Notes: a model not told the origin generated them from the sequence alone. A stretch of DNA of 64,000 bases from Minutocellus sp. GHC0000111 (GCA_977018835.1 OZ361257.1:2666001-2730000); one strand, 5' to 3'; positions 44,644-55,901 are shown, numbered from the stretch's first letter. A program made the numbers and translations.

Positions 44644-47124
44644 ATGAAACCAGCAAAAAGTAGAGCCACCAAGGTGGCGCCCTTCCCTTGCGTGTACGTC
44701 ACCGCCACCCTCCTGCTGCTCCAAATAACAGCATGCCACGCAGCGACGAAAACGGGCGGTTACATCCCGTCGCCGGATCATTCCATCGCCCGCCGATGGA
44801 ACGAATTGTTGCTGGAATCCATCCGGAATGATCTGGCCAGGCCGGTAGTTCACGCACGAAATTTGTTTCACATATCGGCCGCCATGTACGATGCGTGGAG
44901 TATCTGGGACGAGGGCAAGATTTCACAAGATACGTCCGCTACCATGTGCGACACTCCCGAGGAACGAACTGCCTTCAAGAAATGCCGCAACGACAACAAA
45001 TGCAAGATTGACAGTGGAAAGTGGGAACGGGATTGTCTGATCAAATGCCGTGCCAAGCATTGCAAATACGAGGACGTCGTCGATGCCAAATCGAGTCCCT
45101 ACCTCCTCCGGGCCATCGACGGCACGGACGACGACATTGAACAAATACTGCAATCGGGGTCGTGGGATCGCGAATCGGCCCGTCATGCCTCCATCTCCCA
45201 TGCCGCGTATGGGATGATGAGGTGGCGATATGTGCTGTCGCCGGGATTCGATAGCATGCTGCCGCAGTATCATGCGCTGATGGAGGAGTACGGCCTCGAT
45301 CCCGCGTACAATTCCACCGTTGGGAACGATCCCCGAGCTGTTGGAAATCGCATTGCCAACACCTACATTCAGCATTATCTCGAGGATGGATCGCATGAGG
45401 AGATTGACTACTCCAATGTGTACTACAAGCCCGTCAATCTGCCCCTATTCCCACACGAGGCAGGCACCAACAATGTTGGTACGCCCGATCGGTGGCAACC
45501 GCTTTCCCTTCGAACGTTTATCGACCAATCCGGCAACAGTCGTCCTTATGGCGAATATCCCGCCTTTCTGGGACCGGAGTGGGGCAGCGTCACACCCTTC
45601 TCTTTGCGGGAGGACAAAAAATCGTTGCACTACGACGAGGCAGGCAACGAATACATTACCTACATCGATCCTGGTCCACCGCCGATGGTCAACTTGGACG
45701 CCGACGGTGAACCCACCACGTCCCGAGAGGAACAGCTCCAATTTCTCAAGGGGTTCGAACAGGTCCTGCACTGGTCTGGTCACATGGACCCCACCGACGG
45801 TGTGATGGTGGACATAAGTCCCGCCTCGGTCGGTGACGCAACGATCCCATCAATGGAAAAGGTTCAAGCCAATCATGATTATCTGTGGTTCTACGACGCC
45901 CTTAATGGTGGGGACATTGGCCCGGGCCACGAACGAAATCCAGTCACCGGTGATCCGTACCCACCCCAAGAAGTGCCGAGGGGCGATTATGCCCGCATCT
46001 TGGCCGAATTTTGGGCCGATGGGCCTGATTCAGTAACTCCACCTGGTCACTGGTATGTCATGTTGAACGATGTTATTGACAATATTCCCCAGTCAGAGCG
46101 AAAGGTTGGTGGAATGGATCCGGCGGTTGATGTTCTCGAGTATGATATCAAAGCCTACTTTGCTCTAGGTGGTGCCATGCACGATGCCGCCATCGCCGCG
46201 TGGGGCCTCAAGGGTCGGTACGACTATGTGCGACCTATTACTGTAATCAGATGGATGGCAGAGAATGGACAGCGTTCTGATCCCAATGTCGAGAGATACC
46301 ATCCTATGGGTTTGGAGCTGATTCCTGGCTTGGTGGAAATGATCACTGCCGAATCCACGGGAGACGGCGAAAGACATGCACACCTGAAGGATAGAGTGGG
46401 TGAGATAGCGGTCAAGTGCTGGCGTGGGCCCGACTTCATTGGTGATGTAGAGGCAGAAAATGCCGGGGTGGGTTGGATACCGGTGGCAGAATGGTGGCCC
46501 TACCAGCGACCTACTTTTGTCACCCCCAACTTTGCTGGATATGTTTCAGGTCACTCTACCTTCTCAAGGACGGGTGCCGAGCTTTTGACCTCATTTACGG
46601 GCTCACCCTACTTTCCAAATGGTCTGGGGGAGTACGTGGCCCCGGCAAACGAATTTTTGGTCTTTGAGAACGGACCCTCAGTTGATGTTCGATTGCAATG
46701 GGCGTCCTACCGCGATGCCAGTGATCAATGTTCGCTGAGTCGAATCTGGGGTGGCATTCACCCGAGTTTTGATGACATCCCTGGCCGACTCATGGGGAAC
46801 GTCATTGGACCACAAGTGTGGGAACTTGCGACGAGCTATTTCGCCGGAGAAGAGACACCATTACAACCCGAAGTCGAGCAGCTCGACACACTATTGGTGC
46901 CCGAACCAAAGCCAGAGCCAAAAATTTGCTTTGGAGATGTGAATCGAGATGGAAGGGTCGACAACACCGACTTCAATCTCATTTTTAGGATGCAAGGAAG
47001 GACTTGTCCAGACAACAATCCCTGCCCTGAAGATTTAGATGGAGACATGTTTGTCGGCAATGATGACATTTCCGAATTCTTCACGGCGTACGTGAATAGT
47101 GATTGCGACGGTGGGCTGGTATAA
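44644..47124 (+). CDS. Secreted vanadium-dependent haloperoxidase-like (PAP2 superfamily) protein with a C-terminal dockerin-like Ca-binding pair
   Basis: SIARRWNELLLESIRND, EFWADGPDSVTPPGHW; vanadate-site motifs KGRYDYVRP, YVSGHS and SRIWGGIH; tail GDVNRDGRVDNTDF...CPEDLDGDMFVGNDDI; intronless. Confidence 0.85.
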   Translation: MKPAKSRATKVAPFPCVYVTATLLLLQITACHAATKTGGYIPSPDHSIARRWNELLLESIRNDLARPVVHARNLFHISAAMYDAWSIWDEGKISQDTSATMCDTPEERTAFKKCRNDNKCKIDSGKWERDCLIKCRAKHCKYEDVVDAKSSPYLLRAIDGTDDDIEQILQSGSWDRESARHASISHAAYGMMRWRYVLSPGFDSMLPQYHALMEEYGLDPAYNSTVGNDPRAVGNRIANTYIQHYLEDGSHEEIDYSNVYYKPVNLPLFPHEAGTNNVGTPDRWQPLSLRTFIDQSGNSRPYGEYPAFLGPEWGSVTPFSLREDKKSLHYDEAGNEYITYIDPGPPPMVNLDADGEPTTSREEQLQFLKGFEQVLHWSGHMDPTDGVMVDISPASVGDATIPSMEKVQANHDYLWFYDALNGGDIGPGHERNPVTGDPYPPQEVPRGDYARILAEFWADGPDSVTPPGHWYVMLNDVIDNIPQSERKVGGMDPAVDVLEYDIKAYFALGGAMHDAAIAAWGLKGRYDYVRPITVIRWMAENGQRSDPNVERYHPMGLELIPGLVEMITAESTGDGERHAHLKDRVGEIAVKCWRGPDFIGDVEAENAGVGWIPVAEWWPYQRPTFVTPNFAGYVSGHSTFSRTGAELLTSFTGSPYFPNGLGEYVAPANEFLVFENGPSVDVRLQWASYRDASDQCSLSRIWGGIHPSFDDIPGRLMGNVIGPQVWELATSYFAGEETPLQPEVEQLDTLLVPEPKPEPKICFGDVNRDGRVDNTDFNLIFRMQGRTCPDNNPCPEDLDGDMFVGNDDISEFFTAYVNSDCDGGLV

Positions 47125-47484
47125 TAAGTCGATAGCAGCTTTGCATGTATTTATATTTCAATTTACTTCAACTAGTCCCAAGGGTCTGTGGGCGGCCCGA
47201 CTCTCTTGCCCGTTGACGTGCTACCGCTACCGGCGCTTACTTTCGGGGCTGGTCGTTTCCTCGATCGAACAGTAGATGCCATCCTCCTCCCTTCATTTTC
47301 TGTTGAATGAGGAGCTTGCAATTCTGAAGAACGCCGGCGGCTTTCTCTTCTCATAGATTGCCGAGGCGCCTCATCACCACGCTGGCTCCTAGAATCATCA
47401 ATAGAGCTCGAATCATCTAGCATAGAAGCATCCTTTTTTTTGAAGATGTGATATTGCAACCAGCGCAAATCTTCACCTCCGGTT

Positions 47485-48207
47485 TTAATGACCAAACTTT
47501 TCGTCTTTTTCATGCGTGACTGTCAAACTCGAATAGTGAGAATGACATAATTCCTTTGGCAGTCGTCCATTTGCAGTTGCTCGAACATTCAGAGTTAATA
47601 GTCCACCACGCCCATTGCCCAAGAGAGATTGTACATGAACGGTCGAACGTACAAAGTTGTATAACTCATCACTGTCGTAGACATAGCACTGCTCTCCATT
47701 GTCGTATTGATCCAGCCCCGTGGGCATTGTACTTGTTATCAGCTCCATGACACGATGGGCTGTGCGGAGCCAAAGCAGAGAACGAAGGCCAATGTCAAAT
47801 GTATCCGAGGGGGAATTGGTGAAGGAAACGCCGGCATTTCCCGATGTCTCCACATTTGATGCACCCAGCGCCATTAACTCAGATGCGAGCACATTCTCCA
47901 ACCCAGGAACGCATGTAGCAAAGTACTGTTTGAATGGTCGATCGCTTTGTACCGATGCTTCATTCTCTTCGTTCTCCGCAGTTGCAGTATTGCTCTCATC
48001 AGATGACAAATGTAGCACAAGCTTCGAAGAGCATCCTGCCCGTGCCCTTCGGAGGTGACGATGGGCCTTCATCGGCTGCAATCGTTGACTATTGCTTCGA
48101 GCACGGGCATTACTGCATGCCGGCGAGTTGACGAACGCATTCGTACCGATGTCGGCGGACGACAGGAACAGGAGGAGATACGATGCGAGAGATATATGCA
48201 GTGCCAT
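47485..48207 (-). pseudogene. THUMP-domain RNA methyltransferase (RlmL/Trm14-like), N-terminal half only
   Basis: Bipartite-like targeting peptide, YFATCVPGLENVLASEL, LLWLRTAHRV, HSHYSSLTV; similarity then stops with no methylase domain. Confidence 0.65.
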
Positions 48208-48369
48208 CCTAACAACTACGTTGACTTGATTTACAACAAGTCAACAATGTTGTACCATTGGAATTGCACGGTGTGAGCGGCTGATGAGCATCAGGATATG
48301 AGCTCAACGACACTCCTGTCGCGTCCCCAAATTATTCTCCAAGCAAGCCAAACACGACAAATAAATACG

Positions 48370-48753
48370 ATGCCCTTCTGGAACCGCGGCGGCGACTCTG
48401 ACCCGGCCCCACCAGCCGAACAGTCCTTCTCGGACTCCTCCAGTGGGTTTGAGACTGGAGGAAACGACATGTCAATGTCCGGTGGCGCGGCAGGCCTTGG
48501 TGTTGGAGGCAACGAGATGCAGCAGTTTGCGCTGCAGATGCGACAGCAGATGATGGTGCAGACCGTGATTAACAATTTGACCGACAAAGCTTTCGAGAAG
48601 TGCATCACAAGCCGGCCGGGCGATAGTCTCAGTGGGAAGGAGGCTGCGTGCGTCCATGCAACTGTCAACAAGTGGCTCGATACAAATGAATTCATGATGG
48701 GCCGACTCCAAAAGAAGCAGGAAGCCCAGGCCGGCCAGCAGACCTTCGCATAG
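48370..48753 (+). CDS. Small Tim (Tim8/Tim13, Tim10/DDP family) mitochondrial intermembrane chaperone
   Basis: LTDKAFEKCITSRPGDSLSGKEAACVHATVNKWLDT follows the small-Tim pattern. Confidence 0.8.
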   Translation: MPFWNRGGDSDPAPPAEQSFSDSSSGFETGGNDMSMSGGAAGLGVGGNEMQQFALQMRQQMMVQTVINNLTDKAFEKCITSRPGDSLSGKEAACVHATVNKWLDTNEFMMGRLQKKQEAQAGQQTFA

Positions 48754-49146
48754 AGAGAGGTCGGTAGATGATGGTGCACGGCGCATAAGCGCGAGGGCGA
48801 TATTTCCTTCAGATCTTTAAGGGGGTCGGTGTGGAGGGCTTTTCTGTAGTCAAGATAATTGGTCCCTGGCTGATCAGAGCATCTGTAAGAGATTTTTATC
48901 GTCCGACCTTCATAAGTAATAGGAAGGCCCAAGCTTCGATAAAGACAAGCCAACGTCCGCCACTAACTAGAATATGCGTAGTAGAAAAAAACAACTGCTT
49001 TGGAGTCTATTCGTTTTTATAGTGTGTGTTTGTGTACAGTTTGTGCATCTCATGGCATGCAAGCATCAAGCATCCGATCCTACCGACGTGTGAGACAAAA
49101 TTTGCATAGTAGTATCGGTAAGACGAACTTACAAAGGGAGCCTCGA

Positions 49147-49785
49147 TTAATACCTCAGGATCGCCCAAAGTGCCGCAAGTACGATGATGGGTGAAACTTC
49201 AAATGCTCCCGTACCAAACGGATCCATCATGAGAGGGTGTCCAAGCACCAAATTCCAAAAATAAGCAGCACCAATGCAGCAGGTCGGCAACCTGACAAAA
49301 ATCAGATTGTACAGAGACCCAAATGCGTCTTTATCTCCGGACGTTTCTTCGGAGGCGCCTGTCACCAGTGGAGGAAGCACTGACTTGGCCCCGGACCACA
49401 ATGCCAGGGTCAGAGTTCCGGCCTCCTTCCCGAGGTCGGACGTGAGCAGCTGGTCATTGCCTGCTTCGTCGTCGGACGAAGCACCGTCATCGAACAGCAA
49501 GCTCTTTCTTGTCAGCGAAAAGACCGGCGGGGCCAGTTCCTCCCTCGGGTCTGATATTTCTAAATCATTGTTGGTTGATTGGTCTTCCCCGCTGTTGGAT
49601 TGCTGGAATAATCTCGATCTCCGTTGTATTATTCTCCATCGATTATTATCAGCCGAACCGTATTCTTCGGTGGCATGTGATATGCTGCTACTTTTGGCAG
49701 GCAGGGGGGCAGTGCCAGGGCAGAACCCACTTGCCCCTCTATCCACAAGGAATATTACCAGCGCAATGCATGATGCGCGATTCAT
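49147..49785 (-). CDS. Hypothetical protein with signal/transit peptide and C-terminal TM segments (possibly plastid-targeted)
   Basis: Signal peptide ending in ASG-F; hydrophobic C-terminus LYNLIFVRLP...IIVLAALWAILR. Confidence 0.6.
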   Translation of the reverse strand: MNRASCIALVIFLVDRGASGFCPGTAPLPAKSSSISHATEEYGSADNNRWRIIQRRSRLFQQSNSGEDQSTNNDLEISDPREELAPPVFSLTRKSLLFDDGASSDDEAGNDQLLTSDLGKEAGTLTLALWSGAKSVLPPLVTGASEETSGDKDAFGSLYNLIFVRLPTCCIGAAYFWNLVLGHPLMMDPFGTGAFEVSPIIVLAALWAILRY

Positions 49786-50061
49786 GGTTAATTTGTTGGT
49801 ACGATATTCTCACCCAACGACGAGTTCTGGTCTGCAATGAATTGCAGAATGAGGAAGATTGGCAAAGGATGCTCGCAGAGATTTTTCTAACTTTCGGAGT
49901 GTTGCGTAGCCTCCCAGACCACGCAAACCCACAAATCCAAGAAAGATACGGCGGAAGAGGAGCTTCTTGACCCCCAAACCCGCCCAAGAGCACAGCTACG
50001 CAGCTCGCCCGAAGATACATCTCGCCATTTTTAAAGTTACGAGCACTTATTGAATCAAAAT

Positions 50062-50988
50062 ATGGGGTGCCGTGCCACCATAATCGCTATGGTGGCACTT
50101 ATGAGTTGCTGGTGTCTGCCGATGAAAGTGTTCGGCTTCAGTCTCTCGTCGAAGCCAGTGTCCACACTTATATCTGAAAATACAGAAGAAAATTCATGTC
50201 TAAAGGAGGCTGCTCTTGCTATTGTATCCGATGCCCCGGATGACGACGTGTTCTACCTTCGCTATGCCTTGACGGGCGTCGATGACGAGGAGATGAAGTC
50301 GAGACTGGAAGATAACATCAAGTGGCGCTCATCAGATGAGGGTCGTTTGATATGCGACGCAGCCAAGACAGCCATTGCAGAGGCCACGTCTGGCGACAAG
50401 TGGAACAACGATCCTGTGCGATCGGCTGCGCCATTTGCATCAGTTGTCAACGAGTACATTACAGAGGCCTCGATCGTTACTACTTCGTCACGTTCAGGAG
50501 ATTTGATTTATTGCATCCGAGCAGCGAGTATTGACGACACGGCCTTGATGGATGCAATTGGCGTAGAAGACATGTCCAAGTGGTTCCTTTGGACCGAGGA
50601 AGTGAATGCCGCTGTGGCGAATCAGAGAAGCATTGAAAGTGATAGGCTCGTTTGCGTTTGTACTGCAAACGATCTGTCGGGCATCAAAATTGTTGGTGGA
50701 TCCGCCGATTTCCGCAAGGCGCTGAGCGCGGCCAGCCAGAAAGCCAACGAGCTGTACCCAATGCTGAGCGGACCAAGTTTGCTTCTCAACCTCCCCCGTC
50801 TGCTCGGAGCTCTAGCCAAGCTCTTCACCCCGCTCTTTCCCGAAGAAGTTCGAAAGAAGATCAAGTTTGCGCGTGGGCCTTTGTCTGATGTGACGGCGCT
50901 CAGCGAGATTTTGGCTGGCGATGGTGGAGATGCCAGCAAAAGAGGCAGCTTTTTAGATGCTGTTGATGAGTTGGTGTATTCTGATTGA
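50062..50988 (+). CDS. CRAL-TRIO/Sec14-like lipid-binding protein with signal peptide
   Basis: DDVFYLRY, IKWR, NDLSG, YP...LLNLP...LFTPLFPEEVRKKIKF. Confidence 0.78.
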   Translation: MGCRATIIAMVALMSCWCLPMKVFGFSLSSKPVSTLISENTEENSCLKEAALAIVSDAPDDDVFYLRYALTGVDDEEMKSRLEDNIKWRSSDEGRLICDAAKTAIAEATSGDKWNNDPVRSAAPFASVVNEYITEASIVTTSSRSGDLIYCIRAASIDDTALMDAIGVEDMSKWFLWTEEVNAAVANQRSIESDRLVCVCTANDLSGIKIVGGSADFRKALSAASQKANELYPMLSGPSLLLNLPRLLGALAKLFTPLFPEEVRKKIKFARGPLSDVTALSEILAGDGGDASKRGSFLDAVDELVYSD

Positions 50989-51374
50989 GTGTACATGTGT
51001 AAATCTTTAGTGGTTCCTACCGGTAAACGTTTTGCTCATTCATTTCTAAATGGCGATTGCATGGCATCATAACGAAAGAAAGCGCACAAAATAAACACGT
51101 CATTTCATTTTGCGGGTCGCCGTGGCGCCATCCGCCATGCCATGTCGGTCATTTCACAGCCGTACCACTGATCGTCCCACTCAATAGCCACGCATACAAA
51201 AAAGCAGAACAAAACGCCAGACTTGCATTCATACGATTGTATAGTTTGAGCCCGGCGATACTCAGACCCCAATCATCGGCTCACTTACAGCTGTATTGCT
51301 GGCGCGCCTTTCCGTACCCGAGCCCGTTCCACGGCCAGCAGTTTCACCCAATAGTACATGGCACGTGAGCGAAG

Positions 51375-52265
51375 ATGCCGATGAAGAGGGTATCCAGCTC
51401 CATTGGTATACGAAGTCTCAACAACCTGCGCAAGCAGGGGAGCAGAAGTGCCATCAAATCGGTTGCATCCAGGAAGTCTTTCGGGTCCTCTCGTAATTCC
51501 AATAGCAATAAAAATGCGGATTGGGGTGTCGTCCCGCGAAGCTCTCGAGTGGACGGAAAAGATGGCCATCGACGACACAGTGATGGGGCCATCGATGTCC
51601 CCATTTCCATAATACAAAGTTCTGGTGACTCGGCCGGTACACCGAGCGAAATTGACAAGGAGGAGGGGGGTAGGGCAGGCCAGACGCAGGCGCAGGTGCA
51701 ACAACAGAATAATATGATGCATCAGATGCAAGTCCAGGCCACGATGCAACAGCTGGAGGAAACACAGCGTCGGACTCTCGATATGCTTTCGGAGCTAAAC
51801 TCGTCGATACGTGAACTTCGATATGCCGTCAACAACAATCGCGATTGGACAGCTCCCCTCGGTCTGGCTCCGCAGTTCACCGGCACCCCCCAACGTGCCG
51901 CCAGCGGTCGGAGTTTGATATCGAGTGGTGCCGTGTCGGACACTCTGACCGAAGCGGATGCCATTGACCCCGACGAAGGATTGGACCTTAAAACGGTCCG
52001 ACTAGACGGTCTGGAAGTGTACGCTGTCGTCTCGGCCGTCACCGCCGGCACACTCGTGGCTGTATTTGACTCGTATCATCCCGGCGACGTTGTGGACCTC
52101 GTCTCCTCCGGACGATTCCTGGAGGCACTCATGTCCATTATATTTCTGGTTACTGGCAGTGTCGGAATCGTCTGCGGATTGCACTGCATATTCGTATTTT
52201 CCCTCATTACCATGTACGGCCGAACGGCACTGGGCATGGAACGTGACGATGCCCTGGAGGTGTAG
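51375..52265 (+). CDS. Membrane protein of unknown function, apparently 3'-truncated
   Basis: Coiled-coil region, then TM segments (LDGLEVYAVVSAVTAG; GLHCIFVFSLITMYGRTALG); ends abruptly at DDALEV*. Confidence 0.55.
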   Translation: MPMKRVSSSIGIRSLNNLRKQGSRSAIKSVASRKSFGSSRNSNSNKNADWGVVPRSSRVDGKDGHRRHSDGAIDVPISIIQSSGDSAGTPSEIDKEEGGRAGQTQAQVQQQNNMMHQMQVQATMQQLEETQRRTLDMLSELNSSIRELRYAVNNNRDWTAPLGLAPQFTGTPQRAASGRSLISSGAVSDTLTEADAIDPDEGLDLKTVRLDGLEVYAVVSAVTAGTLVAVFDSYHPGDVVDLVSSGRFLEALMSIIFLVTGSVGIVCGLHCIFVFSLITMYGRTALGMERDDALEV

Positions 52266-52758
52266 TAACTATGCAGCAGCAGTACCCCTTACTGCACAGG
52301 CTCTTGTTCCGGATAAACATGAAGCAATTGTGCAATTTCAAGCAAGTTGAAGATTCGGACTTTTTATGCGGACGCGGCAGAACTAGGAACGATTCTTCCA
52401 TTTACCGATACGTACCATTGGTAGGCCTTCAACCTCTTGAGGTGCTCATCTTCGCTCTTTCCAACGAGCGATGTGGTTTCGGATGCCATGGTGGTCGTAG
52501 TCTATGGTTTGTCTGGCTGAGCACTTATCCGCCGATCGGCACTTTGTGATGGGTGGTGGGGATTTGCCGGAAGATGCGGAAAAAAAGATGCCGCGCGCCA
52601 GCCAGCGAGGAACAAATGGTTCTCTGCGATAATTTTTTGAGGATTCACAACACACCGAATTTCCTCACAGTTGGACTCGCTCGACTGAAACGAGACCAGG
52701 TGTGAGACCAGGTCGAGACCATGGGCAATGGGCAAAATAACATTGTTATTATTAGCCC

Positions 52759-54141
52759 ATGGTCGAGACCAGGTCGAGCATACACGCGCGTGATGTTGGC
52801 ACTCCAAGCCGAATGAATCAGTCAGACATCATGATGAAGAGCAATGGTGGTAGTGATGGCACGCCTTCCTGCCCGTGCTGTGCCTTTCTTCCGGACAATC
52901 TGTTCCTCCCATCGCCTGAAACAACATCTCATGATTCGGATGAAATCGAGAGTAGCTGCAAGAATAAGGATGATGGTGGTGGTGCTGGGACATTGCCCGC
53001 CGGTAGCACCGCCTCATCGGTGCCAAGTCCAAGTGAGGCATGGGAACTCCTACTTCGTCAGTCAGCAGAACGAGAAGAGGGTACGATGATCGTGGATACT
53101 CATGGACATCCTCAGCTCGAGCGAGACGCTGATAATGCTGATTATGATGGAAGTAGTGCACGTAGCGGCTCACGTCGTGTTGACGTAGGTTTAGCATCGT
53201 CAAATGCAAATCTCTCCACAATATCAGTTGTATGTGCGGTATCAACGGATGATTGGCAGTCAACACTGAAGTATGCGGCAGACTCGTCCCGTCGGGAGAG
53301 GACACTGCCTGCACTTGGTGTCCATCCATGGTATTTGTATCCGGATCTGAGCCCCTCGTACCTTTCCGATCTTGAATCGCTTCTCGTGCAACATCCGCGG
53401 GCAATCGTTGGAGAAATTGGCCTGTGCAAGGTTGCCAAGTTCGTCCGCCAGTATCCTGCAGAGCTGGGTGGGAAGTCAGCTGCTCTGGAATTGCAACGAA
53501 GCGTGTTTCGTGATCAATTTCTTCTAGCGGCGAAACGACGCCGACCATGTACGGTCCACTGCGTGCAGCAGCATGGAGTATTGATGAGGCTGTTGAAGGA
53601 AGTACGCGAAGATGCCTTGAAGGTTGTCAGGGAATGGAAGAGGGCACAAACGAAGACGAAGGCGAAAGGAGGGGGGGCGGGAAAGGAACGTTTGAATGGA
53701 CAAGGAGCGCCAAAGCTTACTGATGCATTTCCGTCGGCAGTCGCCATGCATTCCTTCACTGGAACAGCGCACCACGTAAAAGAACTTCTTGCCTTTGAGG
53801 CGTCGTTAATGAGCAAAGAGGACAAGCCCGGTGCAACTTCAAGTCAAGACATAACGGCACCGATTTTTTATTTTGGGTTCTCACATGCAGTCAATGTTGG
53901 AATGTGTTCCTCTGACAAAAGTCGGACGCAAAACATTGAGGCTATCCAGGCAGTGCCGATGAATCGCCTCTTGGCTGAGTCGGACGTTCACTGTACGGTC
54001 GATGTTGAAACTGGAACATCAGGGGCATTAGCCTATCTTTCTCTCGCGACTGGAGCGGAGATAGCAGACATGGCAGACACAACAACGAAAAATGCTTTGG
54101 ATTTTCTAAGTTCTGTTGTTTACATGCAGGATAAATTTTAA
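52759..54141 (+). CDS. TatD-family DNase / amidohydrolase-fold protein
   Basis: VDTHGH, LGVHPW, VGEIGL, VHCV, MHSFTG, LLAESD. Confidence 0.88.
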   Translation: MVETRSSIHARDVGTPSRMNQSDIMMKSNGGSDGTPSCPCCAFLPDNLFLPSPETTSHDSDEIESSCKNKDDGGGAGTLPAGSTASSVPSPSEAWELLLRQSAEREEGTMIVDTHGHPQLERDADNADYDGSSARSGSRRVDVGLASSNANLSTISVVCAVSTDDWQSTLKYAADSSRRERTLPALGVHPWYLYPDLSPSYLSDLESLLVQHPRAIVGEIGLCKVAKFVRQYPAELGGKSAALELQRSVFRDQFLLAAKRRRPCTVHCVQQHGVLMRLLKEVREDALKVVREWKRAQTKTKAKGGGAGKERLNGQGAPKLTDAFPSAVAMHSFTGTAHHVKELLAFEASLMSKEDKPGATSSQDITAPIFYFGFSHAVNVGMCSSDKSRTQNIEAIQAVPMNRLLAESDVHCTVDVETGTSGALAYLSLATGAEIADMADTTTKNALDFLSSVVYMQDKF

Positions 54142-54254
54142 TTAATGCAAGTGATATTATTACGTGGTCATTCTAATGTTTCTCTGGGGTACTAAATCAT
54201 GTACTTGACTCAGTAGATCCACTGCTTCACTCAGCGTTGCCATTGCCAATATTT

Positions 54255-55901
54255 CTATGCCTTACTCAATTTATTCCAGCCATCATGATACACATTGTCA
54301 ACATGGCAGGATATACCAGAGCAGGGACCGCGGACAAAGCGCTTGGGCATTCGATTGGCTAGAAAGGAAACAATGCGGGGACTCCACGGGAGCGAAAAGA
54401 ACAGTTTGGGCAGTCCAGGTATCCTCATCGTCCATCCGAACCAAAACAGGAGGACATCCATGTTTGCGCTAGCAGAGAGGTCAGTATAGCCCCTGGCGAA
54501 TAGCCGATTGATGTAGGGAGAAATTTTGGCGATCCGATTGTGCTTGAGCAGAAGCGGAATGTGCGGCCGGAGGAGAGGCAGATGAGGACCTACTGCGTCT
54601 AGCTGAGATACATACGTCTCTAGGTGGGGCAGCAGTTGCTCGGCCAAGTCGTAACGACTACCCTTGCTCATTTCATGCTCATCTAGTTCTGCGTATAGTA
54701 GTAATTCGTCGATGTGCTTGAGAAGGAGGCCAGTGTATGGAGCCAGCGCGTCGATGTTGTCTAAAATCCAGGGCAGGTGGGGCTCAATATCATCAAACCG
54801 GTCCAGAATCTCATCAAGGTAGGGCTCGATGGAGTGCAAATGACGGCTGTTGTTGAGAACTCTCTCGAGGATTCTGGCCACATGATCCTCGAGCTTGTCC
54901 AACCTAGCCAAGATTGCCGGCACATGCGCAACGAGCGTGGGGGTCGCCGGGTCTGCCAAATACCGCAGTCGATCTGGGTTCTCGACTAACCCCTTGACGA
55001 TTCTCACTCCGCTCTTGCGCTGATGATCAACAAACTCCGAGACGGAATTCCAGTGCCTATTCTTTGGCCCTTCTCTTTCCTTGACGCGGTAAAGCTTCCG
55101 CATCAGGACTTGCGTGCTGGTCGTCAAACGATTCATCGAACGGCCGAGATGCCGAAGCGTGGCCTTTGCGGGATTGTCTTCCTCGAGCAAGTCTGTTAGG
55201 ACGGCCACGGGATAAGCCGGTCGCTCCAGACACAGCATGCGCCGTTCGATGTCCTGCAATTCCATCTGCTGCCGCACAATTGATCGGCGAAGGACGCCTG
55301 CCCGTGCCCTCATGGCATCGAGATTCTCGGACGAAAGCAGAGCTTGGTGCGCCACCGTCAGTGCCTCCGCGGTCGGGTCGAGTGTTTTCCTTGCCTGACT
55401 CCGTTCTTTCTTTTGTTTGAGATACAATTTCGCCTCCCTTCGTCTTTCGTCTCTCCGCCTTGTCACTTGCGGTCGGACTGACTGACCTGGTGCCTCTTCA
55501 CTGGTACGAGTATTGTTCTCTGTGGTTGCACTGGTGCTGCCATTCTTCCCACCGCTACCATCGTCGAGGGGCACATGCAAGGCTTGTGAGTGAAGCCTCC
55601 CGCTACTCGCACGTGCAACTGTCCCGGCAGTTTTTGCAGTACTAGTAAACAAAGGAGATAGCGTTGCGCACGAACGCGCTGGGTGTTGGAAGGCCGAAAC
55701 AGCGAAAGAAGGGCAGTGACTACGAAAAAGACCGAGGAGGATGGCCGAGGCAAGTGCAATGCGATTGTTCTTAAAGCGCGATCGGCACCATCCCGGTCCA
55801 CTGGCTTTACAATGCGTTTGCCGCTTTTCGGTCTCCATCAGTGCCATCGCAAAGATCTTAACTGGAGGAATATGGGGCGACAGCGTTGCCATCAATGCCA
55901 T
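54255..55901 (-). CDS. Conserved hypothetical helical-repeat protein (LxPHL-type repeats); start codon uncertain
   Basis: Long ORF with a signal-like segment (FAVSAF) and repeated IEPYL/IEPHLP/LAPYT/LLPHL units. Confidence 0.6.
   Translation of the reverse strand: MALMATLSPHIPPVKIFAMALMETEKRQTHCKASGPGWCRSRFKNNRIALASAILLGLFRSHCPSFAVSAFQHPARSCATLSPLFTSTAKTAGTVARASSGRLHSQALHVPLDDGSGGKNGSTSATTENNTRTSEEAPGQSVRPQVTRRRDERRREAKLYLKQKKERSQARKTLDPTAEALTVAHQALLSSENLDAMRARAGVLRRSIVRQQMELQDIERRMLCLERPAYPVAVLTDLLEEDNPAKATLRHLGRSMNRLTTSTQVLMRKLYRVKEREGPKNRHWNSVSEFVDHQRKSGVRIVKGLVENPDRLRYLADPATPTLVAHVPAILARLDKLEDHVARILERVLNNSRHLHSIEPYLDEILDRFDDIEPHLPWILDNIDALAPYTGLLLKHIDELLLYAELDEHEMSKGSRYDLAEQLLPHLETYVSQLDAVGPHLPLLRPHIPLLLKHNRIAKISPYINRLFARGYTDLSASANMDVLLFWFGWTMRIPGLPKLFFSLPWSPRIVSFLANRMPKRFVRGPCSGISCHVDNVYHDGWNKLSKA

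Noticed and set aside
47172..47513. 113-aa ORF as the continuation of the THUMP methylase
   Set aside because: No methyltransferase motifs; more likely the tail of a different gene joined by a deletion.
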